Shown here: positions 25,543 through 34,135 of the stretch, in pieces
Position numbering within the stretch: the first letter of the stretch is position 1
Layout: each line of letters opens with the position of its first letter
DNA from: Podarcis bocagei
Taxonomy: Eukaryota
NCBI GenBank assembly: GCA_964188305.1
Contig: OZ076889.1
Length of the DNA stretch: 64,000 nucleotides
Reading direction: 5' to 3' (one strand)
Program-made: the position numbers and the translations under genes
The notes under the pieces: generated by a model
Databases searched by the model: none
What the model saw: only the letters and a program-made list of their open reading frames with translations
What the model was told of the DNA's origin: nothing

Positions 25543-28499
25543 TGGTGCTTTCGGCTTCTTGTTACTGGAACAGAGCAGGATCTCAGTGTTTGAGTTCCTA
25601 TAAATACTGTTGAGGGGGTGTGGTGTATAGCCTCCAACGTTCTGGGCAGAGAGGAAGTTCCCAGGTTAGTGTGTCTTTTCTTCTTTTGTTCATTAATTAC
25701 TTGAGGGATATCTTGAGTGATTTCTTGAGTGATATTCTGAGTACCACTTAGGAGGGTCATTAGGTGTGGATTAGTTGCTAAAGCTTTCGTGTCTTGACCT
25801 CTTGACCTTGTGAAGAGTTTTTTCTGAGAAGATGGCTGTACTGCACTTAGTTGTGCTCTGGCTTGGCTTCGTGTATAGGGGCGAGCTGTGGTTTTGTGCC
25901 CTGTGCCAGCCAGATCTGTGTAGGGATTGCAGGGGGGTGCAGCATCCGGAGGTGCCACTATGGTTTGGCTACTGGATGGTGTCTGTAATTTATCTGTGGA
26001 GAGGGTCTGGGTTTGGGTCTGGTGTGGTTGATTGGAGATGGCGTTCTGTGTGCCTCTGGTTCTGGTGTCGGTTTTTGTGGGGAGGGCTATTTTCCAGATG
26101 TCTGGCAGGCGGGACGTATCGTCACGCTTGTTCATGTTGTGAGGGTGTTTCTCTATCTCGATGGCTTCCATGATTATTCTCTTGTGGTGGTGTTCCATGT
26201 TAAAGAGCAATTTGGAATCTGAAAAATTAATTTCGTGTCCTGTTTCTTTCATGTGTTGGTAAAGAGAGGAAGTTTTTTCTTCTTTTTTGACGGCATTCTT
26301 GTGTTCTGCGATACGTGCATTTATTCGTCTGTTTGTTTGTCCAATGTACGTGGCTGGGCAGACTTTGCAGGGTATTTCATAGACCCCTTGGTTTTCTAAC
26401 TGGATTTTATCTTTGGGGTTTCTGAGGATATTGGCTATTTTTTGGTTGGTGCAAAAGGCTGTTTTGATATTGTGTTTATGGAGGATTTTGCTAATTTTAT
26501 CTGTAGTGCCCTTGATATAAGGAAGGAGGGCCATGCCATTGTTTTCTTCTGTGTCTTGCTTTTTGGGGGGTGTTTCTTTTTGGATTAGCTTCGTAACCCT
26601 GTTTTGCTGGTATCCGTTGGCGATTAACACATTTGAAAGATTCTGTAACTCAGTTGTCAAGTGGTCTTTGTCAGCCAGGCGTTTGGTTCTGGAGATGAGA
26701 GTCTTGGCTACGGAGTTTATTTGTGCAGGGTGGTGGTGTGATTGTGCATGTAAGTAGCGGTTGGTGTGTGTTTTTTTCCGGTAGATAGTGTGTCCTAGGG
26801 AGCCATCAGGTTTTTTGTAGATTAGGACGTCAAGGAAGGGAAGTTGGTTGTTGGCTTCTATTTCCATAGTGAATTGTATTTTGGGGTGTAGGCTGTTGAG
26901 ATGTGTGAGGAAGCTATCTAGTTTTTTCTTCCCGTGTGGCCAAATTACAAAGGTGTCGTCAACATACCTGAGCCAAAGTTTGGGTTTGTGTTCTGACTTG
27001 TCTAAAGCATTGGTTTCAAAGTGTTCCATGTACAGATTTGCGATGACCGGTGAGAGGGGTGATCCCATAGGTGCTCCTTCTATCTGTTTGTATCTTTGTC
27101 CATTGTGGATGAAGTACGTGTTGGTTAGGCAGTGGTTGGTCAGGTCCAGGATGTATTCGGGGGGATTGTATTTGTTTTGAATGGCTGTCAAGGCTTCATT
27201 AATGGGCACTTGTGTGAAGAGAGATACAACATCGAAGCTCACAAGTAGGTCGTCGGGATGTAGGTTTTGCTTCTTTATTGTTTCTATGAACTGGAAGGAG
27301 TTTGTAACGTGTGAAGCGATAGATTCTGCATAGGGCTGAAGTTGCTTAGCGAGAAATTTAGCGAGATTTTGTAGAGGTGAGCCTATGGAGCTGACTATTG
27401 GTCTGAGTGGTGTTCCTTCTTTGTGTATCTTGGGGAGACCGTAGAGTTTGGGGCATCTGGATGATTTTTCTCTGGGGATGATTCTTAGCTGGATTTCTTC
27501 ACTGATAGGAGAGGCTTTTATTTTGGATTTGGTGGTTTTTTCCAGATAGGTGGTGGGATCTGTTTTTATAGGTTGGTAGGTAGGGTCTTGGAGTAGATTT
27601 GATAGTTTTGCTTGGTAGTCCGATGTGTTCATCACAACAGTGGCATTACCTTTGTCTGCTGGGAGAATGATTATGTTGTTGTCTTTCCTCAGGTTGGTGA
27701 GTGCTTTCTGTTCTTCTTTGTGTAAATTGCTTCTGGGTGGTTTGCTGGAGCAGAGGATGTTGGTGACTTCAAGTCTGATTTTATTGGCTTCATCTGGGTT
27801 GATTTTGGTTAGGCTAGCTTCGACTCCGCATATGATGTTTTCCGTGGGGATGCGTCTCGGGGCGACTGCAAAGTTGAAACCTTTGGAGAGTACTTTGGTT
27901 TCAGTTGAGGTGAGGATCCTGTCTGATATGTTATGTACTGTTTGTTTCATGGGTTGTTGTGGAGGGTGGCTGGGCTTCTGGCGTTTCTCTAGTTTGTGGA
28001 GTTTGTTGGTGTGTGTGTCTGTCTTATGTGTGGACTCCGTTTCAGCTCTCCAAACGGCTAGTTGTTTGCATTTGTCCCAGAGTGCAGGGTGGATTTTGTT
28101 ACAAAGTTTGAGGTGAAGAGTGAGCAGATCTTTGTTGGTTTGGTTTAGTAGGTATCTTTTCTTATGTAGTTCGTTTCTGATTAGGGATAGTTCAGTTCGT
28201 TTCAGGATCCTTTCGGTAGCTGGGGTTTTAGAATGGAATTTAAGTTGGAAGCATGTGGGAATTAAGTTGTTGTCTCGGCAGTTGCGTAGGAACAAGAGAT
28301 CACATAAGATGGTGGCTCTTCGGATTTCTAGTTTCTCGTAGGTTCTTGTCAGCTGGAAGGTTTCCTCCCCGTAGAGGTGAGATATTTGCTTTCGTAGATT
28401 TTCACGGGTACAGGAATGCAGGTTTTGGTGTCTTCGGGTGTCTTCCCGTGTAAGAGTTGGGGTGTCTAGGCGACGTTTCGACGAGGTCTCACTCGTCAT
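25524..28499 (-). CDS. PLE polyprotein: reverse transcriptase + GIY-YIG endonuclease, 991 aa
   Basis: FLRNC..NNLIP N-terminal motif, PADKGN, LVSFDVVSLFT, GAPMGSPLSP, RYVDDTF, LPFLDV, GVYEIPCKVC..TYIGQT.R. Confidence 0.95.
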   Translation of the reverse strand: MTSETSSKRRLDTPTLTREDTRRHQNLHSCTRENLRKQISHLYGEETFQLTRTYEKLEIRRATILCDLLFLRNCRDNNLIPTCFQLKFHSKTPATERILKRTELSLIRNELHKKRYLLNQTNKDLLTLHLKLCNKIHPALWDKCKQLAVWRAETESTHKTDTHTNKLHKLEKRQKPSHPPQQPMKQTVHNISDRILTSTETKVLSKGFNFAVAPRRIPTENIICGVEASLTKINPDEANKIRLEVTNILCSSKPPRSNLHKEEQKALTNLRKDNNIIILPADKGNATVVMNTSDYQAKLSNLLQDPTYQPIKTDPTTYLEKTTKSKIKASPISEEIQLRIIPREKSSRCPKLYGLPKIHKEGTPLRPIVSSIGSPLQNLAKFLAKQLQPYAESIASHVTNSFQFIETIKKQNLHPDDLLVSFDVVSLFTQVPINEALTAIQNKYNPPEYILDLTNHCLTNTYFIHNGQRYKQIEGAPMGSPLSPVIANLYMEHFETNALDKSEHKPKLWLRYVDDTFVIWPHGKKKLDSFLTHLNSLHPKIQFTMEIEANNQLPFLDVLIYKKPDGSLGHTIYRKKTHTNRYLHAQSHHHPAQINSVAKTLISRTKRLADKDHLTTELQNLSNVLIANGYQQNRVTKLIQKETPPKKQDTEENNGMALLPYIKGTTDKISKILHKHNIKTAFCTNQKIANILRNPKDKIQLENQGVYEIPCKVCPATYIGQTNRRINARIAEHKNAVKKEEKTSSLYQHMKETGHEINFSDSKLLFNMEHHHKRIIMEAIEIEKHPHNMNKRDDTSRLPDIWKIALPTKTDTRTRGTQNAISNQPHQTQTQTLSTDKLQTPSSSQTIVAPPDAAPPCNPYTDLAGTGHKTTARPYTRSQARAQLSAVQPSSQKKLFTRSRGQDTKALATNPHLMTLLSGTQNITQEITQDIPQVINEQKKKRHTNLGTSSLPRTLEAIHHTPSTVFIGTQTLRSCSVPVTRSRKHQPEDDE

Positions 28500-28507
28500 C
28501 TTCAGGC
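28470..28507 (-). ncRNA. minimal type I hammerhead ribozyme motif (5' pLTR, copy 1)
   Basis: Same motif; overlaps the ORF start codon at 28499. Confidence 0.75.
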
Positions 28508-28704
28508 TGGTGCTTTCGGCTTCTTGTTACTGGAACAGAGCAGGATCTCAGTGTTTGAGTTCCTATAAATACTGTTGAGGGGGTGTGGTGTATAGCCTCC
28601 AACGTTCTGGGCAGAGAGGAAGTTCCCAGGTTAGTGTGTCTTTTCTTCTTTTGTTCATTAATTACTTGAGGGATATCTTGAGTGATTTCTTGAGTGATAT
28701 TCTG

Positions 28705-28775
28705 AGTACCACTTAGGAGGGTCATTAGGTGTGGATTAAACTCAGTACCACTTAGGAGGGTCATTAGGTGTGGAT
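28705..28775 (+). repeat. 32-bp direct duplication at the inversion junction
   Basis: AGTACCACTTAGGAGGGTCATTAGGTGTGGAT at 28705-28736 and 28744-28775. Confidence 0.9.
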
Positions 28776-28832
28776 AGGAACTCAAACACTGAGATCCTGC
28801 TCTGTTCCAGTAACAAGAAGCCGAAAGCACCA

Positions 28833-28870
28833 GCCTGAAGATGACGAGTGAGACCTCGTCGAAACGTCGC
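28833..28870 (+). ncRNA. minimal type I hammerhead ribozyme motif (5' pLTR, copy 2)
   Basis: CUGAAGA 28835-28841; 6-bp stem II GACGAG/CUCGUC; GAAA 28861-28864; palindromic ACGU in place of stem III; predicted GUC cleavage after 28868. Stem I is weak (GC/GC). Confidence 0.75.
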
Positions 28871-31816
28871 CTAGACACCCCAACTCTTACACGGGAAGAC
28901 ACCCGAAGACACCAAAACCTGCATTCCTGTACCCGTGAAAATCTACGAAAGCAAATATCTCACCTCTACGGGGAGGAAACCTTCCAGCTGACAAGAACCT
29001 ACGAGAAACTAGAAATCCGAAGAGCCACCATCTTATGTGATCTCTTGTTCCTACGCAACTGCCGAGACAACAACTTAATTCCCACATGCTTCCAACTTAA
29101 ATTCCATTCTAAAACCCCAGCTACCGAAAGGATCCTGAAACGAACTGAACTATCCCTAATCAGAAACGAACTACATAAGAAAAGATACCTACTAAACCAA
29201 ACCAACAAAGATCTGCTCACTCTTCACCTCAAACTTTGTAACAAAATCCACCCTGCACTCTGGGACAAATGCAAACAACTAGCCGTTTGGAGAGCTGAAA
29301 CGGAGTCCGCACATAAGACAGACACACACACCAACAAACTCCACAAACTAGAGAAACGCCAGAAGCCCAGCCACCCTCCACAACAACCCATGAAACAAAC
29401 AGTACATAACATATCAGACAGGATCCTCACCTCAACTGAAACCAAAGTACTCTCCAAAGGTTTCAACTTTGCAGTCGCCCCGAGACGCATCCCCACGGAA
29501 AACATCATATGCGGAGTCGAAGCTAGCCTAACCAAAATCAACCCAGATGAAGCCAATAAAATCAGACTTGAAGTCACCAACATCCTCTGCTCCAGCAAAC
29601 CACCCAGAAGCAATTTACACAAAGAAGAACAGAAAGCACTCACCAACCTGAGGAAAGACAACAACATAATCATTCTCCCAGCAGACAAAGGTAATGCCAC
29701 TGTTGTGATGAACACATCGGACTACCAAGCAAAACTATCAAATCTACTCCAAGACCCTACCTACCAACCTATAAAAACAGATCCCACCACCTATCTGGAA
29801 AAAACCACCAAATCCAAAATAAAAGCCTCTCCTATCAGTGAAGAAATCCAGCTAAGAATCATCCCCAGAGAAAAATCATCCAGATGCCCCAAACTCTACG
29901 GTCTCCCCAAGATACACAAAGAAGGAACACCACTCAGACCAATAGTCAGCTCCATAGGCTCACCTCTACAAAATCTCGCTAAATTTCTCGCTAAGCAACT
30001 TCAGCCCTATGCAGAATCTATCGCTTCACACGTTACAAACTCCTTCCAGTTCATAGAAACAATAAAGAAGCAAAACCTACATCCCGACGACCTACTTGTG
30101 AGCTTCGATGTTGTATCTCTCTTCACACAAGTGCCCATTAATGAAGCCTTGACAGCCATTCAAAACAAATACAATCCCCCCGAATACATCCTGGACCTGA
30201 CCAACCACTGCCTAACCAACACGTACTTCATCCACAATGGACAAAGATACAAACAGATAGAAGGAGCACCTATGGGATCACCCCTCTCACCGGTCATCGC
30301 AAATCTGTACATGGAACACTTTGAAACCAATGCTTTAGACAAGTCAGAACACAAACCCAAACTTTGGCTCAGGTATGTTGACGACACCTTTGTAATTTGG
30401 CCACACGGGAAGAAAAAACTAGATAGCTTCCTCACACATCTCAACAGCCTACACCCCAAAATACAATTCACTATGGAAATAGAAGCCAACAACCAACTTC
30501 CCTTCCTTGACGTCCTAATCTACAAAAAACCTGATGGCTCCCTAGGACACACTATCTACCGGAAAAAAACACACACCAACCGCTACTTACATGCACAATC
30601 ACACCACCACCCTGCACAAATAAACTCCGTAGCCAAGACTCTCATCTCCAGAACCAAACGCCTGGCTGACAAAGACCACTTGACAACTGAGTTACAGAAT
30701 CTTTCAAATGTGTTAATCGCCAATGGATACCAGCAAAACAGGGTTACGAAGCTAATCCAAAAAGAAACACCCCCCAAAAAGCAAGACACAGAAGAAAACA
30801 ATGGCATGGCCCTCCTTCCTTATATCAAGGGCACTACAGATAAAATTAGCAAAATCCTCCATAAACACAATATCAAAACAGCCTTTTGCACCAACCAAAA
30901 AATAGCCAATATCCTCAGAAACCCCAAAGATAAAATCCAGTTAGAAAACCAAGGGGTCTATGAAATACCCTGCAAAGTCTGCCCAGCCACGTACATTGGA
31001 CAAACAAACAGACGAATAAATGCACGTATCGCAGAACACAAGAATGCCGTCAAAAAAGAAGAAAAAACTTCCTCTCTTTACCAACACATGAAAGAAACAG
31101 GACACGAAATTAATTTTTCAGATTCCAAATTGCTCTTTAACATGGAACACCACCACAAGAGAATAATCATGGAAGCCATCGAGATAGAGAAACACCCTCA
31201 CAACATGAACAAGCGTGACGATACGTCCCGCCTGCCAGACATCTGGAAAATAGCCCTCCCCACAAAAACCGACACCAGAACCAGAGGCACACAGAACGCC
31301 ATCTCCAATCAACCACACCAGACCCAAACCCAGACCCTCTCCACAGATAAATTACAGACACCATCCAGTAGCCAAACCATAGTGGCACCTCCGGATGCTG
31401 CACCCCCCTGCAATCCCTACACAGATCTGGCTGGCACAGGGCACAAAACCACAGCTCGCCCCTATACACGAAGCCAAGCCAGAGCACAACTAAGTGCAGT
31501 ACAGCCATCTTCTCAGAAAAAACTCTTCACAAGGTCAAGAGGTCAAGACACGAAAGCTTTAGCAACTAATCCACACCTAATGACCCTCCTAAGTGGTACT
31601 CAGAATATCACTCAAGAAATCACTCAAGATATCCCTCAAGTAATTAATGAACAAAAGAAGAAAAGACACACTAACCTGGGAACTTCCTCTCTGCCCAGAA
31701 CGTTGGAGGCTATACACCACACCCCCTCAACAGTATTTATAGGAACTCAAACACTGAGATCCTGCTCTGTTCCAGTAACAAGAAGCCGAAAGCACCAGCC
31801 TGAAGATGACGAGTGA
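28841..31816 (+). CDS. PLE polyprotein: reverse transcriptase + GIY-YIG endonuclease, 991 aa
   Basis: Same motifs as copy 1; differs by one residue (ETESAHK versus ETESTHK). Confidence 0.95.
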   Translation: MTSETSSKRRLDTPTLTREDTRRHQNLHSCTRENLRKQISHLYGEETFQLTRTYEKLEIRRATILCDLLFLRNCRDNNLIPTCFQLKFHSKTPATERILKRTELSLIRNELHKKRYLLNQTNKDLLTLHLKLCNKIHPALWDKCKQLAVWRAETESAHKTDTHTNKLHKLEKRQKPSHPPQQPMKQTVHNISDRILTSTETKVLSKGFNFAVAPRRIPTENIICGVEASLTKINPDEANKIRLEVTNILCSSKPPRSNLHKEEQKALTNLRKDNNIIILPADKGNATVVMNTSDYQAKLSNLLQDPTYQPIKTDPTTYLEKTTKSKIKASPISEEIQLRIIPREKSSRCPKLYGLPKIHKEGTPLRPIVSSIGSPLQNLAKFLAKQLQPYAESIASHVTNSFQFIETIKKQNLHPDDLLVSFDVVSLFTQVPINEALTAIQNKYNPPEYILDLTNHCLTNTYFIHNGQRYKQIEGAPMGSPLSPVIANLYMEHFETNALDKSEHKPKLWLRYVDDTFVIWPHGKKKLDSFLTHLNSLHPKIQFTMEIEANNQLPFLDVLIYKKPDGSLGHTIYRKKTHTNRYLHAQSHHHPAQINSVAKTLISRTKRLADKDHLTTELQNLSNVLIANGYQQNRVTKLIQKETPPKKQDTEENNGMALLPYIKGTTDKISKILHKHNIKTAFCTNQKIANILRNPKDKIQLENQGVYEIPCKVCPATYIGQTNRRINARIAEHKNAVKKEEKTSSLYQHMKETGHEINFSDSKLLFNMEHHHKRIIMEAIEIEKHPHNMNKRDDTSRLPDIWKIALPTKTDTRTRGTQNAISNQPHQTQTQTLSTDKLQTPSSSQTIVAPPDAAPPCNPYTDLAGTGHKTTARPYTRSQARAQLSAVQPSSQKKLFTRSRGQDTKALATNPHLMTLLSGTQNITQEITQDIPQVINEQKKKRHTNLGTSSLPRTLEAIHHTPSTVFIGTQTLRSCSVPVTRSRKHQPEDDE

Positions 31817-31835
31817 GACCTCGTCGAAACGTCGC
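31798..31835 (+). ncRNA. minimal type I hammerhead ribozyme motif (3' pLTR, copy 2)
   Basis: Same motif; the ORF stop TGA (31814-31816) lies in loop II; predicted cleavage after 31833. Confidence 0.75.
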
Positions 31836-31916
31836 CTAGACACCCCAACTCTTACACGGGAAGACACCCGAAGACACCAAAACCTGCATTCCTGTACCCG
31901 TGAAAATCTACGAAAG

Positions 31917-31920
<4 letters not shown>

Positions 31921-31993
<73 letters not shown>
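31921..31993. repeat. (TA)n microsatellite, right flank of PLE insertion
   Basis: Seen directly. Confidence 0.95.
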
Positions 31994-31996
<3 letters not shown>

Positions 31997-32092
31997 TTAT
32001 CTAGCATAGCTTATTTTTGAGAAACCCATGGTGGGTCTTAATAATCACAGCATCCCTTTTCTAAATGCTCACAGACCAACTGTTTAATTAAC
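31994..32092 (-). mobile_element. CR1 fragment, continuation of 24960-25400
   Basis: GATTTATCTAGCATAGCTTATTTTTGAGAAACCCATG is the CR1 segment expected directly after ...CTTGTAACACT in this orientation. Confidence 0.7.
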
Positions 32093-32455
32093 TGTTATGT
32101 TGATATCAATTGTATCATTGTCACACATAAAATCCATGATTATGTTCTTTAAAATGTTGTAACTTACTGACAGACCTTTTTTGTGTAAAAATTGACCAAT
32201 AAGTTGTTGCTACTAAATAAAAAGCTGCTGACTTGTATGGGCAGTACTAAGCTAGATGGAACATTGGTCTTATAGCAGCTTCTTAAAATAATGACTTTTG
32301 TTTGCTGTTTCTCATTATGTCAATTACTCTGTGAATAACTTGCTCATTCTCCTGCCCCACAAAAGTAAGTGTCTCTATATGCAATTATTGGAGAGAGGGC
32401 ACCCAGATCTGACATCAGTTAATTGTGTGTGTGTGTGTGTGTGTGTTGGGGGGAG

Positions 32456-32778
32456 TGTTATGTACTGAGTTGAATAGGATCCAAAAGGCAGCAGTCTGAT
32501 TGGTCCTAGAACAATAGGGTCCATAATGCAGCAGTCTGATTGGTCCTAGAACAATGCAGCAGTATGATTGGTCCGCAGGAGCCACCCAATCCAGCTCCAG
32601 GCGGAAGTGAATCCACAACCTGATTGGCCTACAGGAGAATCCCAGAATTAGCCAATCACGTGCAGCCCATTGTGTAAATAATGTATATAAAGCAGATATT
32701 TTGGGGAAACTTTCATTCCTCACTACTATGAGCTGAATAAAGAGCATGAAATCCACACTCGACTCCAAGTATATTTCA
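32456..32778 (+). mobile_element. solo LTR (Gypsy-like)
   Basis: TGTTATG...TTTCA termini; repeated GATTGG units, TATATAAAG and AATAAA. Confidence 0.8.
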
Positions 32779-33816
32779 GGGGGACACACAAACGGACCTC
32801 TCTTCATACAGAGAGAGCCTTCTTTCCGTAATCAGCAGAGATAGATGCTTTGTAACCTTGGTAACACTGGCACAGTTTGTGTGCCAAAAAGGTGCTGCTG
32901 AATTCAAAATGTTTCACAAAAGATTTCAAGCATCAGAGCCAGTTACTGAAAGCACAATGAAACACAGTTTAACTTTTCTCCCACTAAATTGCTGGATGGG
33001 TTTCAGGAGAAAACGAAGCTTAATATGTATGGGAAAAGAAGAGTGATTGGTGTCTTAGAATAATCAAAATATGAAAAATAGATTCAGTTATGACAAAAAA
33101 AAAAAACAGCAACGGTCCATATAGAAAAGAACCTAAACAGCAGCCATGGCATGTCTTTTATTATGACCAACTGAAAGGCACAAAATACTGAGATACCTTT
33201 CTAGTTTCACAGAAGTCTTCCTCATACAGGATGTTAAAGAAGAGAAGGGTAGAAAAATAAACAGGGCCACCCTAATATGTTTTGCTGTGTGAAGCAAGAA
33301 GAAGATGGCTCTTAACTTTGGGAGTTTCTGATGGTCCTAGGAAAGGGATTGTGCCACTGCTACTCTTTAACTGTTTCCACCCTCGTCTTTGATAGTTAAG
33401 GCATTTTCATGTGACCCTCCTCTTCTGTTTCATTTAATCTATGCTGTGCCGCTTTCACTTGGAATTGTTTTACTTGTTTTTATAATTGTATATCAAATGT
33501 TTTACTTCTTTTATTGGTTTTGTTGTTGTTGTAACCCACCCTGCGACCTTACAGTGAAGAATGGGTCAAAACCCTAAAATACATAAAATGCACATGCTAA
33601 TGTTTGTGCTGTTACAGCCCGACCCATTGTGCATTATCATGTGAGTAAGCGCCACTAATTGAAGTAAGTGTGCATAAGACTGTACCATAAATGTAGAAAA
33701 TGCTTTCATTTTTTTATTTCCTAATAACCTTTTGAGATAGGGCATCAATATTCCAAGTTAACATTAGAATAAAGCTAGGAGATACTGAATTGACCCAGGT
33801 CATCCAATGAGTCTAA

Positions 33817-34135
33817 GGCTGCATCTGCACTATAACTTTATCATACTACTGTAAACAGCCATGGCTTCTCCCAGAGAATCCTGAGGACTGTGGTCTGCTA
33901 AGGGTGCTGAAAGTTATTAAGAGATCCAACTTCCCCTCACAGAGCTACAATTCTCTCAGTGGTTTAACAGTCAATCCATCTTCCCAATGAACTTTGGGAA
34001 TTGTAGCTCTGTGAGGTGAATACTGGTCTCCTAACAACTCTGGCACCATTACCAAACTACAGTTCCCAAGATTCTTTGGGAACTTTCAATGTGACTGTTT
34101 AAAGTGGTATGATACCGCTTTAAATACACAGCACA
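33817..34135. mobile_element. degenerate palindromic MITE (possibly Harbinger-type)
   Basis: Long imperfect inverted arms, e.g. CTCACAGAGCTACAATTC / GAATTGTAGCTCTGTGAG. Confidence 0.6.

Larger units (their letters stand above)
25456..28738 (-). mobile_element. Penelope-like retroelement (Poseidon-type), full-length copy 1
   Basis: Intact ORF; 318-bp direct terminal repeat (pLTR) at 25456-25773 = 28421-28738, offset 2965 nt. Confidence 0.95.
28774..31923 (+). mobile_element. Penelope-like retroelement (Poseidon-type), full-length copy 2, inverted relative to copy 1
   Basis: Intact ORF; 185-bp pLTR at 28774-28958 = 31739-31923, offset 2965 nt. Confidence 0.95.

Noticed and set aside
28489-28902. 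137-aa minus-strand ORF across the inversion centre, and short antisense ORFs within both PLE copies
   Set aside because: By-products of the pLTR duplication and junction and of shadow frames; no independent evidence.
25456-31923. Possibility that the inverted PLE pair is an assembly fold-back artefact
   Set aside because: Provisionally rejected: the arms differ at two or more sites, have different 3' ends and a complex asymmetric centre, and the flanking CR1 continues collinearly. Read-level confirmation is still needed.
31806-32009. 67-aa ORF repeating the PLE N-terminus
   Set aside because: It is the 3' pLTR running into (TA)n, not a separate gene.
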